Assembly (NCBI GenBank): GCA_030587475.2
Contig: JAUQYZ020000116.1
Location: 1-48,183 of the forward strand
Source: Candidatus Sigynarchaeum calidifontis
GTDB lineage: Archaea; Asgardarchaeota; Lokiarchaeia; Sigyniarchaeales; Sigyniarchaeaceae
Direction: 5' to 3'
DNA length: 48,183 bases
In this document: piece after piece, positions 18,346-27,730 of the stretch
Position numbering within the stretch: the first letter of the stretch is position 1
Layout: each line of letters starts with the position of its first letter
Position numbers and translations under genes: made by a program
Notes under the pieces: model-generated
Seen by the model: only the letters and a program-made list of their open reading frames with translations
What the model was told of the DNA's origin: nothing
Database searches by the model: none

Positions 18346-19419
18346 ATGGATACGATCGAAATTGACGGGAGTCACGGCGAAGGAGGCGGTTCCATCTTGC
18401 GCCTTTGTGCCGCGATGGGCATCATCTTTCAAAAAAAGGTACACGTCTACAAGGTCCGCGCCAACCGAGACAAGCCAGGCCTTCGCGAGCAGCACTTGAT
18501 GGGTTTGCAAGCCCTCGCAGCGCTTTGCGGTGGCAAGCTCGAAGGCGGTGCCGTCGGATCAACCGACATCGTGTTCGAGCCCGGCACCATCAAGCCGGGC
18601 AAGATCGCTATAAAAATAGGAACCGCTGGAGCCATCGGCCTGGTGTACCAGATCTTGTCCGTCGGATGTGCGGCGTATCACGCTGCAAGGAGCGATCCCG
18701 TGGAGATCGACATCGATGGTGGCGGGACATTCAACAAATGGGCGCCAGCATCGAGCTATATACGCGGCGTCTTGATCCCACTGCTCCAGCGCATCGGATT
18801 CAAGTCCGAGCTCGAGATCAAGAGACACGGCTTCTATCCAAAGGGTGGTGCCGCTGCGTGTATCCGATTTTTTCCCGTGACCTCGCTGAAGGGGCTCGTG
18901 CTCGACGCGAGAGGCGAAATTACGGCCATTTATGGCGAATCCGTGGCCACGATCCACTTGAGAAGTGCCAAGGTCGCCGAGCGGCAGGCATCATCGTTTG
19001 CCAACACGATCAAGGCAAAAATCCAGCCGAAAGAGATCAAGATCGAGACCCAATACGTCGACGCGATGAATCCTGGTTCTGGTATAACGACCTGGGCCAT
19101 CACGAGCACGGGCTGCATCATCAGCTCGGGCTCCGTCATCGGCGAACGGGGCATCAAGTCGGAAACCGTCGGGCAAGACTGCGCGCGTGACTTGCTCAAG
19201 GTCTTGCAAGGGTCACCCGCTGCGACGGTCGACGAGTTCACCTCTGACCAGTTAATCCCTTTTTTGGCATTGTCGAAAGAGCGTTCCGTCTACATGGCAC
19301 CCCGGCTCACTTCGCACGCGAAGACCAACATCGACATGATGCGATTATTCACCGACCGTACCATTAACGTGCAAGAAAAGCCAGATCACGTTATTTTTGA
19401 GTTTCCAGCCGTGGCATGA
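18346..19419 (+). CDS. rtcA: RNA 3'-terminal phosphate cyclase
   Basis: DGSHGEGGGSILR, PGLREQH, GFYPKGG, DQLIPFLAL and TSHAKTN (catalytic His). Confidence 0.95.
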   Translation: MDTIEIDGSHGEGGGSILRLCAAMGIIFQKKVHVYKVRANRDKPGLREQHLMGLQALAALCGGKLEGGAVGSTDIVFEPGTIKPGKIAIKIGTAGAIGLVYQILSVGCAAYHAARSDPVEIDIDGGGTFNKWAPASSYIRGVLIPLLQRIGFKSELEIKRHGFYPKGGAAACIRFFPVTSLKGLVLDARGEITAIYGESVATIHLRSAKVAERQASSFANTIKAKIQPKEIKIETQYVDAMNPGSGITTWAITSTGCIISSGSVIGERGIKSETVGQDCARDLLKVLQGSPAATVDEFTSDQLIPFLALSKERSVYMAPRLTSHAKTNIDMMRLFTDRTINVQEKPDHVIFEFPAVA

Positions 19420-19439
19420 TCCTTGGATGTCATGCAATT

Positions 19440-20615
19440 TTACTTGCTTGCCTTGATTATTTCCACCAACCCTCGCTCCTCCATGTAGCGCGGGTCAGGC
19501 ACGAGGGCTTGCCATTCCCCGCCTGCGCGCATCAGCTCCCTCGTGTTCGATCCGTTGAGAGTCCCGACTTCGAAGGCCAGCTTCTTCCCCAAGCGAATAC
19601 CGGCGCCTTTCGCGAGGCCACGAACCCAATCGTTGTTCGAGTTCAGCTCGATCGCATCGCTGAAAAGGAACTTGATGTTCTGCATCCACAAGCGCTCGTT
19701 GTGGATGTCGGGAATGGGGACGAAAAACACGTTCCTGAACCCGAGTTTCTCCCGCTCGATCACGTGCTGGATAACGTCCCGTCGCTCGTCGTATGCCAGT
19801 GGATTTCGTTCGTCGCGCGAATATTGCGCGCTGCCGATGGCGACGATCACGTCCTGGGCTTGTTTCTCGATGTGTTGGAGGCATTTTAAATGTCCCCGGT
19901 GGAAAGGCTGGAACCGGCCGAGGAACATCGGGATAGATCTCGGACGCTGGCGAGATCGACTCGTGCTTGCGGTAGAACAATACCATTCCTTGAAAGCGCG
20001 AAGACCATCGCACCATTTCCAGTAAGATTGCCATCCATCGAGTCCTTTCAAGAACATGTCGAACCGTGCTTCGTTGTCCAGCAACACTTCCCAGAGATTG
20101 ACAACCGGGCCAACGAAGCGTTCCGACCGCAGCATCGCTCGGAGCGTGGCAGCGTCGACCCATCCCGACCGGCCGGTGACCTCGGAGAGATCGGGATGGA
20201 TTTCTTCCTGCTCGACCTTCCCCACGAAGTCGAACTTGATCTCGTTGACTTCCGGATCCTGAAAGAATGTCCATAGCTTCAACTGATCAGGCCCGGCTTT
20301 CACGCCCATCTCTTCCGCGAGCTCGCGGCACATCTCCTCCTTTATCGTGGCGAGGCTCATGCCGTGCCGGGCCTTGATGTGCCCCGACGCGCTGTCCGTG
20401 AAATGGTTCGGGTAGGTCATCTTGCTCGCGGCACGTTGTTGGACAAGAAATTTCCGGATCTTCGGGTTGTACACGAAAACACCCGCGACCACGTGCAAGT
20501 GCGGTGAAGCATCGGCCGCATCGCGTAAAACAGGCTTGTTTTCGAAGTTACCTACGTAGATGTCGAATAGCGACGGCACGACTGCAAGGTATTCCTTCTT
20601 TTCATCGGCTCGCAT
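19440..20615 (-). CDS. Nudix hydrolase - NMN adenylyltransferase (NadM-type) fusion
   Basis: N-terminal QQRAASK..YP..SASGH...RELAEEMG Nudix box. C-terminal GRFQPFHRGH, IGSAQ, RNP..ER, IPDI, GSNTR. Confidence 0.88.
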   Translation of the reverse strand: MRADEKKEYLAVVPSLFDIYVGNFENKPVLRDAADASPHLHVVAGVFVYNPKIRKFLVQQRAASKMTYPNHFTDSASGHIKARHGMSLATIKEEMCRELAEEMGVKAGPDQLKLWTFFQDPEVNEIKFDFVGKVEQEEIHPDLSEVTGRSGWVDAATLRAMLRSERFVGPVVNLWEVLLDNEARFDMFLKGLDGWQSYWKWCDGLRAFKEWYCSTASTSRSRQRPRSIPMFLGRFQPFHRGHLKCLQHIEKQAQDVIVAIGSAQYSRDERNPLAYDERRDVIQHVIEREKLGFRNVFFVPIPDIHNERLWMQNIKFLFSDAIELNSNNDWVRGLAKGAGIRLGKKLAFEVGTLNGSNTRELMRAGGEWQALVPDPRYMEERGLVEIIKASK

Positions 20616-21447
20616 GGCGTTTTACCCCTATCGGATGGCCACCACCGAAAACCCCGAGCTTGCTTCCCGCGGAGCCTTGATTGACCGCGATCTCGAACCT
20701 GCCCTCTGAGTTTACCAAGCAGAGAAATTCCATCCGGCCAACGTCGGCATACGTGCGCTTGAGCGGGACCGTGATCGTGGTATGTTCGGGATCATGAAGG
20801 CCTTGAAAGGTGACATCGAGCACGTCGCCTACTTTCGCGCTGATGGCCTTGAGCTGTTCCTCCCGCACGTTCGTGATCACGTTGCCGAACATGTCCAGGT
20901 AAAGGACGGCTCCGGTGATAGTGCCGTCCTCGCAGACGCGGCTTGGTGGCGGCATCGCGAGCTTGGCGGCACTGCTCGGATCCATGGCCGGGCCCAGGTC
21001 AGCGATGTCCACCCCCGCAGCGACGTGCGCTGCGACGGGGCTCATGATGTCCCTGCCATGAAAGGTTTGCGATGTCGCATCCAGCCAATACCGCTTGTTC
21101 ACCAGCGAGACCAGGAGGTCGACACCTTGAGCATTCATGACGAGATCGAGGAGGCCGTTGTCGGGGGCAATGAAGACTTGCCCCTTCGATCGCGTTCGCA
21201 AGCAGAGCATCTTGCGATTGGTGCCGACTCCGGGATCCACAACGGCGAGGAAGATGAACCCGCGCGGGAAGTACCCGCTGCAGTTTTCGAGGAACAGTGC
21301 CGCTTCCATCACGTTCTGCGGGGTGATCTCGTGCGACAAGTCCACTATGTGGCATGAGCTACAAATCGACAAGATGACCCCCTTCATGCTCGCTACATAG
21401 CCTGCCCTCGTGCCAAAGTCTGTCAACAAGCCAATGTATTGCGGCAT
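20602..21447 (-). CDS. SAM hydroxide adenosyltransferase / chlorinase-fluorinase family (DUF62)
   Basis: LLTDFG, VVDPGVGT, APDNGLL, TFHGRD, DMFGNVITN, EIAVNQGSA. Confidence 0.93.
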   Translation of the reverse strand: MPQYIGLLTDFGTRAGYVASMKGVILSICSSCHIVDLSHEITPQNVMEAALFLENCSGYFPRGFIFLAVVDPGVGTNRKMLCLRTRSKGQVFIAPDNGLLDLVMNAQGVDLLVSLVNKRYWLDATSQTFHGRDIMSPVAAHVAAGVDIADLGPAMDPSSAAKLAMPPPSRVCEDGTITGAVLYLDMFGNVITNVREEQLKAISAKVGDVLDVTFQGLHDPEHTTITVPLKRTYADVGRMEFLCLVNSEGRFEIAVNQGSAGSKLGVFGGGHPIGVKRHASR

Positions 21448-21479
21448 GCGCCTCACGTGATAAAATGGAGAAATAGCGA

Positions 21480-22358
21480 TCAAAACGAGCGGTTTTTCTT
21501 CAAGTCTGCCTGGTAAAATTCCTGGAGGCACTGTGCTTTCTTCGTGAACTCGTTAAGCGTGTCCAGATCGCCGAGTTTCGAGGCCACTTGCGATGCTTCC
21601 CTGAAGAGATCGGCCGCGCGCTTGATATTTTCCTCCCGGAGTGCCTTCAAGGCCTTGGCTTCTAGGTCAAGGATAACCTGAATATTTTTTGGCCGTTCCG
21701 AGGCGCGTTTCAACTCGTCTTGCAATTTCGCGGCTATGTCGCCCTCTTGAATGCTCAGCGCGAGATCGATCGCTTCCGAGTAAACCTTTTGAGCCTCCTC
21801 GATCTTTTGTTGCTTGAGGAGCTTGGCTCCCTTCTCCATGAGCTTCAGCAGCGCCTGGGGAACGGTCTTCGCCTTGTCGAGAAGCTCGTTTGCCTCGTCG
21901 ATCTTGCCCTCGTTCATCAAGACCTTGGCGCGTTCCTTGAGGCGCGTGTAGATGTCGGAGCTCACTTCGGCGGGTTTCTCGCCGCCCATCGCGGATTGTG
22001 ATGCGAACAAGGCGGTGATGATCGAGTCGAGCTCCGATTGAGCCTTGTTGAGATGTTCGGGTAACTGCGAGCAAGCATCAATGAGGAGCTTTTTAAAATC
22101 GTCCGGGTTCTCTTCCTTGGTTAAATCGACGCCAACGATTATCTTGACGGTTTTTTTCCCCTCCTTGAACTCGTGCAAGCGTGAATATAACATGGTCTCT
22201 TTCGGGGATGGTATGAGCGAGAACTCTTTTCCCTTGACGTGGGACATCTGGATCTTCAAGAGCACGTTGTCATTGATGGGGGATTTACCTTCCTGGAAGA
22301 ATTGACTCTTCAAGACCAGGCCCTCGTCCGTTTCTTGTAGCAAGAATAGACCGTTCAT
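21480..22358 (-). CDS. Longin/uDENN-like N-terminal domain plus TPR-like helical repeats
   Basis: N-terminal beta-G-beta-helix-beta3-helix pattern. C-terminal repeats such as EEAQKVYSEAIDLA and AADLFREASQVA. Confidence 0.6.
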   Translation of the reverse strand: MNGLFLLQETDEGLVLKSQFFQEGKSPINDNVLLKIQMSHVKGKEFSLIPSPKETMLYSRLHEFKEGKKTVKIIVGVDLTKEENPDDFKKLLIDACSQLPEHLNKAQSELDSIITALFASQSAMGGEKPAEVSSDIYTRLKERAKVLMNEGKIDEANELLDKAKTVPQALLKLMEKGAKLLKQQKIEEAQKVYSEAIDLALSIQEGDIAAKLQDELKRASERPKNIQVILDLEAKALKALREENIKRAADLFREASQVASKLGDLDTLNEFTKKAQCLQEFYQADLKKNRSF

Positions 22359-22530
22359 GTGAGCTTCCTCCAACCATGTTTCGTGCGTGATACCTTGCAC
22401 TTGTTGCTTTATAAGGACGACCGAGATTAGAATCTTAAGTTAGACTTAACGTCATATGCTTGAACATCCTTTCATTGATCATCGGTAAACTAGAAGCGCG
22501 ATGCGCATCCAAGGACAGGAGTGAAGAATC

Positions 22531-23433
22531 GTGGCCAATTGCCCATACTGCGGGAAAATAGTTAAGGAAAGTGACCGTTTCTGCTTGTATTGCGGTGAAC
22601 CTCTCGTGAAGCAGCAGCCCGAGCCCAAGGAACCTGAACCAGCCAGCGACGTGGTCGACGGCATTCGCATGGGCCGGGCAAGTTCTACCGGGTCGACCCA
22701 AGCGGATCAAGTATCGCCCGCGGTTTCCGCCGAGAAGATAGAGGTCGAACCCGAGGGCGGCAAGGAGAAGGTTCGGGAACCGATAACGGTTCTACCCGCG
22801 GGTTCGTCGTCCGAGCTCGATCCTGCCATCAAGGCCCAGATCGAGGGACGTATCGAGATCTACCACCTCGAGAAAAAGATCAAGAAGTTGAAGGATCGAT
22901 TGGCCGAGTCCTTGAAACTCATGGACGACCCGGAATTCAAGAAGCGTTACGACAACGATGACGAGTTCCACAAGGCGAACGAGGCACGTTTCATGGCGCT
23001 CAAGCAAATGGGCGAGGCTCTAAAGGCCGAAAAGCAAGCCGCTGAGAAAAAGGCGGGCAAGGAGACCACGCTCGAGCTCAACAACATGAAAATCAAGCGG
23101 CTCAAGGGACAAATCGAGGAACTCAACAACAACTTCAAGTTACGCAAGATCGATAAAAAAACATATGACACCCTTCACGGGGAATACATGATACAACTCA
23201 CGGAGACGATGAAGCAGCGCGACATCCACAACATCCAGCTTGGCATCTGGGCGAGCGCTTTGCGTGCTGAATTGGAGGATCTCAAGCTTTCCCTCAACCT
23301 TATCAAGGCACGGCATCGTGCTCGCGAAATATCGAAGGAGCAAATGATACAAGAGAAAGCGGAAACCGAAAAGAAGATCCAGACGCTGGCAGCAAATATT
23401 AAGATAGTGGAAGGCTTCATTTTCCGAGAGTAG
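22531..23433 (+). CDS. Zinc-ribbon plus coiled-coil protein, CdvA-like C-terminus
   Basis: CPYC-x10-CLYCG, then a coiled coil with two SHOCT/CdvA-like motifs (FKLRKIDKKTY, ARHRAREISKEQ). Confidence 0.6.
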   Translation: MANCPYCGKIVKESDRFCLYCGEPLVKQQPEPKEPEPASDVVDGIRMGRASSTGSTQADQVSPAVSAEKIEVEPEGGKEKVREPITVLPAGSSSELDPAIKAQIEGRIEIYHLEKKIKKLKDRLAESLKLMDDPEFKKRYDNDDEFHKANEARFMALKQMGEALKAEKQAAEKKAGKETTLELNNMKIKRLKGQIEELNNNFKLRKIDKKTYDTLHGEYMIQLTETMKQRDIHNIQLGIWASALRAELEDLKLSLNLIKARHRAREISKEQMIQEKAETEKKIQTLAANIKIVEGFIFRE

Positions 23434-23490
23434 CGAGGTTATTATGTTTTTTTAACTTACGGTTCATTCCATCTATCAAAGGCGTTTCGC

Positions 23491-23616
23491 ATGGACACGA
23501 AGATAAAAATGCTCGTGCTGGTTCTCCTGGCGGTCACGTTCTTGAGCATCGGCATATCCTACGTGCAATACGCGGGCCTGGGTACCATCCTCGCGGGCAT
23601 GAGCGTCGCCCCGTGA
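23491..23616 (+). CDS. Small membrane protein, 41 aa (not in ORF track)
   Basis: MDTKIKMLVLVLLAVTFLSIGISYVQYAGLGTILAGMSVAP. GC3-rich codons as in neighbouring genes; it fills the gap before the tRNA. Confidence 0.6.
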   Translation: MDTKIKMLVLVLLAVTFLSIGISYVQYAGLGTILAGMSVAP

Positions 23617-23668
23617 AAAAGTGAACTTTCCTCGCTTTTATCGTGTTCTTATCGCCACTGGAGAAAAA

Positions 23669-23761
23669 TGGCGGCCTCGCAGGGGAATCGAACCCCTGGC
23701 CCTTGTCGAGCCAACCGGATTTGAAGTCCGGCCCCCAGGACCACCCGGGGCGTGCAAGGCC
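23669..23761 (-). tRNA. selC: tRNA-Sec (anticodon UCA)
   Basis: GGCCTTGCA-CG-CCCCGGG-TGGT-CCTGGGG-GCCGGA-CTTCAAA-TCCGGT-TGGCTC-GACAA-GGGCCA-GGGG-TTCGATT-CCCC-TGCGAGGCC-G-CCA: 9-bp acceptor, 7-bp D stem, 6-bp anticodon stem, long variable arm, 4-bp T stem, G discriminator, encoded CCA. Confidence 0.96.
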
Positions 23762-23770
23762 ATGGTTTGT

Positions 23771-24295
23771 TCATTTACCGATGCCCAAGAACATCTTGAC
23801 CTTGGAAACGTACCACTCCGCCCACAGCTTGATTTGAGCGAACTCGTTATTCGTGATCAACCTTACCGGCCGGCCGGGGTTCCCGTGGACAAGCGTGCGG
23901 GGGGGTATGCGCACGCCCTCGGGCACGAATGCCCTCGAATCCACGATGGATCCCGTGCCGATAGACGCGCCATCGAACACGGTACCCCCGACTGAGACGC
24001 AAGAGAAGTTTTCCAGCTCGCACGCGTGGATGATGCATCCATGCGCGATGGTGACATTGTCGCCGATCTTGACCTTGAAGTTATAGGGCGAATGGATGAT
24101 GGTCCCTTCTTGAATGTTCGTGCAATTACCGATGCTGATCTTCGTATCGTCACCACGAATGATCACCCCCGGCCAGAGGGATGAATAATCCCCGATCTCC
24201 ACGTTCCCGATGACGGTCGCCCTGGGGTCGATATAAGCAAGCTTTGAGATTTTCGGAGACTTGCCATTATACTCGATGATGTTCGATTCTGCCAT
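23771..24295 (-). CDS. Gamma-class carbonic anhydrase family (hexapeptide repeat) protein
   Basis: IRGD, TNIQEGTIIH, VTIAHGCIIH and left-handed beta-helix repeats. Confidence 0.92.
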   Translation of the reverse strand: MAESNIIEYNGKSPKISKLAYIDPRATVIGNVEIGDYSSLWPGVIIRGDDTKISIGNCTNIQEGTIIHSPYNFKVKIGDNVTIAHGCIIHACELENFSCVSVGGTVFDGASIGTGSIVDSRAFVPEGVRIPPRTLVHGNPGRPVRLITNNEFAQIKLWAEWYVSKVKMFLGIGK

Positions 24296-24988
24296 TGCCT
24301 CGCACAACACGATGTGTTATGGAGATTTATGCCTAGGGAGTTAAAAATAAAGACGCTTGTGTGAAATGACCAGCTAATCTTTGAGAATTACTCGTGAGCG
24401 TGCAATATAACAGTATTAGGAATTCTTTGGATCAGTATTTTTCATTGGAACGAATATCTGGCGAATAAAGCACTTGAAGATCCCATCCCTGATGATTTAA
24501 GAATCGGAACGATTGCAAACAACGCATTATCCATTAGGGCTTGAAAGGAATTGACAAGTTCTTGCTTCGGATCAAATTGGTGCTTGAAGATTCGTGCAGC
24601 CATGCATTTCGAACGCAGCCGTGGAAACAGCCAAGGCAAGTATGTATGAAGAGATGAAAACCAACTTTATGAGGGATTAAATCGCATGGTTCAAAATTCA
24701 ATACAACACAATGGCAATGCTTATATATGTCCCGTTTTCCTAAATTATCTGGAGCAAAGCGAGTTACACGTACAGATCCATTGATCTTCAGCATTGAAAA
24801 TCCAAAAGATCCATTCACGTTTCAAGAAACCAAGAAATCGGCGTGAACAAGAAAAATGATGGAAACAAGCATGGAAAATCCCGAGGATATTCCCCCGGAT
24901 CCACATCATCGCGCACGGCGTCCATCGGATGATCGTGAAACGGCTCTCGTGTCACCCCGCATTGATCGATCTTCAAGTGGTGCTGCGC

Positions 24989-26371
24989 ATGGTAAAGACC
25001 GTTTACACGGTCACGGTGCCGGGCGAAGGGCACCGTGGAGGCAGTCCCATCGCCTCGGTCTATCACGTTAGTTTCACTAAGATCTTGTTCTCCAACTTGT
25101 ATGGCATCGCCGTATCGAACATCTTGATTTTCATGCTGGGCACGCCGGCCTCTTTCCTTGGTGTCGCTAGTGCACTCAATGCCCTCGCTTATTTCGTTGG
25201 TCCTCTCGTGTTTCAAGGCTTGTCTATTCGGGCTGGAATCAAGCGGACGATCTTCGCCATTAACATTGTCGATCTCGCGTTGATGCTCATCGTTTCATCA
25301 GTCCCAGCGCCATCTATAATTATCGCGATGTTTTTCATATCTGGATTTAGCAACAGTGTTTTCTGGGCAAACATGGCGGCATCAATCCATGCGTGGCAAG
25401 ACTGGAGCCCCGAACATCACCACGGGACAATTTATCGACGATACGTGGCTAGTTGGATTTCCGGGGGCATAGCGAGCGAGATGATAGGGGTCGTGGTTAT
25501 TGCTTTTGGCTTCGACGATCGCTTCGTGCTCGCGGTAAGCATCGCTCTTGCGATCGTCCAGTTGCCGCTCTCGTACCGTGTCTCGCTACCTCCCATCGAT
25601 GCCAAGATCAAGGAAGAAAGGAAGATCATGAGGGCGGAATCCCGCAAACACGAGTCTCTCGGCCGGATGCTCGTCGTGCCGGTTTGCTTCATGATACTTG
25701 CCGAGATCTCGGTTCAGATGATCAGAGGTACCTACGATTTCCTCTACCCTTTCATCGTGCGTGAGGATGGTGGCTCCACCGCATTGATCTATATTATGTC
25801 GCTGCTGCAACGATTTGCCTACATGTCCGGCATCTTCGTGAGTAGCAAACTTGGCATCCACGGTCAACACGCGGGCGCGATGATGGGCCTGGGGATTGCC
25901 ACCATTCTCGCGGTGAACACGATCATTGCTCCCATGCACCTGTTATTTGCCTTCGCAGTTGTCTTTTCAGACTTCGCCACCGGCTTGATATACGGCTATT
26001 CTTCCCAGGTGTTATTGCGATATAGTAAAAAAGGGAATGCGTTGAGACTTGCTTCGCTCTACGAGACCGCATCGGGCGCGGGATATGGTGTAACGGTCAT
26101 CCTCGCTGGTCTTGGCGGAGATCACGACGTGCGACTGATCTTCATCGGCCTGTCGGCGTTTCTCGCCGTTGCATTTGCCGTTTTTGCCATTGCCGCGTGC
26201 AAGGGATCCACCGTCTGCAACCGCTTCGTGGACAACTGTCTCCAAGTCCCGGTCTTAGCAAGCGGAATCTCAATCCAAATATTATTGCGCTCGGTGTACA
26301 CGCCCGTCGATGCACCTTCCAGCAGTAAGCCTGAGGCTCTCGTGATGTTGCTGGATACGGCAAAAAAATAA
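24989..26371 (+). CDS. MFS transporter
   Basis: About 12 hydrophobic segments in two halves, with LSIRAGIKR (motif A-like) and LYETASGAG. Confidence 0.8.
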   Translation: MVKTVYTVTVPGEGHRGGSPIASVYHVSFTKILFSNLYGIAVSNILIFMLGTPASFLGVASALNALAYFVGPLVFQGLSIRAGIKRTIFAINIVDLALMLIVSSVPAPSIIIAMFFISGFSNSVFWANMAASIHAWQDWSPEHHHGTIYRRYVASWISGGIASEMIGVVVIAFGFDDRFVLAVSIALAIVQLPLSYRVSLPPIDAKIKEERKIMRAESRKHESLGRMLVVPVCFMILAEISVQMIRGTYDFLYPFIVREDGGSTALIYIMSLLQRFAYMSGIFVSSKLGIHGQHAGAMMGLGIATILAVNTIIAPMHLLFAFAVVFSDFATGLIYGYSSQVLLRYSKKGNALRLASLYETASGAGYGVTVILAGLGGDHDVRLIFIGLSAFLAVAFAVFAIAACKGSTVCNRFVDNCLQVPVLASGISIQILLRSVYTPVDAPSSSKPEALVMLLDTAKK

Positions 26372-26380
26372 CGATCACTC

Positions 26381-26402
26381 GCCCGCGATATGCAGAGCGG
26401 GC
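26381..26402. terminator. GC hairpin between convergent MFS genes
   Basis: GCCCGC-N10-GCGGGC in the 42-nt gap between the two stop codons. Confidence 0.35.
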
Positions 26403-26413
26403 ACGACGGGATC

Positions 26414-27730
26414 TTAAATTGCTTTCTTTTTCTTGTACATCGTAGCGGTGATGGTCGTGATTGCCACTATCAAGCACGTGAACGTGGCAGCCCCGATGAA
26501 GTATGCAGTTGGATATGGCTGCACCAGGGTCGTCTGCGTGATGAAGCCTGCCAAGAACGGGCCGCTGAAATTCCCCATCGCGCCGGCAGACTCGAACAAG
26601 CCCATCAATGATCCTTTTTTCTCTGGAACGCCGCTGAGCTCGACCATGTTCAAGGCTTCGGCATACATGGTGCCCATGACCGTGCCGAGCAGCGGGAACC
26701 AGAATAGCATTAGCAAGTAATTGCTCCCGCTGGCAGATAGGCCCATCGCGATTACCAAGAGCACCACGGCGACAGCAGTGGCCTCGATGGTAAATAATTT
26801 CACTTTTGCTTCGTGCTTGAACCATGAGCTCGTGATAGTTTGCATGGCAAGGCGGAGCGTTTCGAGAATCCCGAGCAGCGGTACGATGCCCGTGGCGAAG
26901 CAGAAATTGGTCGTCGTCGCGTAGATCCAATTGAGCGAAAAACCATAGAAGAACACGAGCATGAGCCCGAGGCCCGCCGGCATCCAGCTTTTCCTCTGAT
27001 CGATCGGTTCGAGATGGGCGCCGGTGGCCCCATCTCGTTTTTTGGAAGCTTGCTGGCTGGTCCTGCACGTTGGTACCTCGATGTCCGTGTAAAAACGGTA
27101 CATGGATAGGTTCATCGCCTGGGCGATTATTGCAACGAACATGACAAGTCCCAAATTATTCACGGCCAGTATCAGCCAGAACTCGAAAGCGCTGGATCAC
27201 AACCCAACGTTCCATCCTAGATTAAAAAAAGACACGCCCTTTCCCGTCAATTTACTAAAATCCTCCTCGTTTCCCGAGTTCGATTCCGCGATGTCGGAGA
27301 TTCGAGCCTCCAAGTTCGGCCAGAACAAGCTTTGGGCGATGCCCTCGCCCCCGCGGCACGCGAGTATCAATGGAAGCATCCAGCTGGTGCCGGTCATTGG
27401 CCCGAGCAACACGAGCGAGAAAAAACACACGAAGATGGCGAGGTTCGCGACCAGCGAGACGAGCATGCTTCTCCTACGGCCTATTCTTCCTGAGACCTTG
27501 CCGAACAAGAGCGTGAAGATGATGTAAAAAAGCGACGGGATGGATAAAGACGCGCCTGAAAGGAGATCAGAGCCCCAATTACGCAAGACAAAGATCGGGA
27601 TGCCCATCGCGGTGAGCTGGGCTGCCGATGCCATGCAGAAGCTGTGCAGTGCGATGGTCGTGAAAAGGCCAGATTGCGTGCTCGTTCCGATGGGGTTTTG
27701 CCGTGGACGTCCGGTAATGACAGCACGCAC
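26414..27730 (-). pseudogene. MFS transporter interrupted by a single in-frame TGA at 27197-27199 (pseudogene or read-through)
   Basis: ORFs 27197..27730 (GKVSGRIGRRR motif A) and 26414..27163 are in the same frame, joined by ...GWNVGL-TGA-SSAFEFWLILAVNNLG... Confidence 0.75.

Noticed and set aside
20200-20615. Calling the Nudix domain a type 1 IPP isomerase
   Set aside because: The catalytic Cys motif is replaced by SASGH.
23440-23669. tRNA-Sec as an integration site for a mobile element
   Set aside because: No integrase and no duplicated tRNA 3' end were seen in the window.
23621-23995. ORFs overlapping the tRNA region
   Set aside because: They are antisense to tRNA-Sec and the gamma-CA gene (RGIEP..GFEV is typical reverse-tRNA translation).
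26373-26413. Hairpin downstream of the TGA-containing MFS gene as a SECIS
   Set aside because: It lacks the AUGA/GA quartet, the apical AA and the GAA/A archaeal motif. It is better explained as a terminator-like stem.
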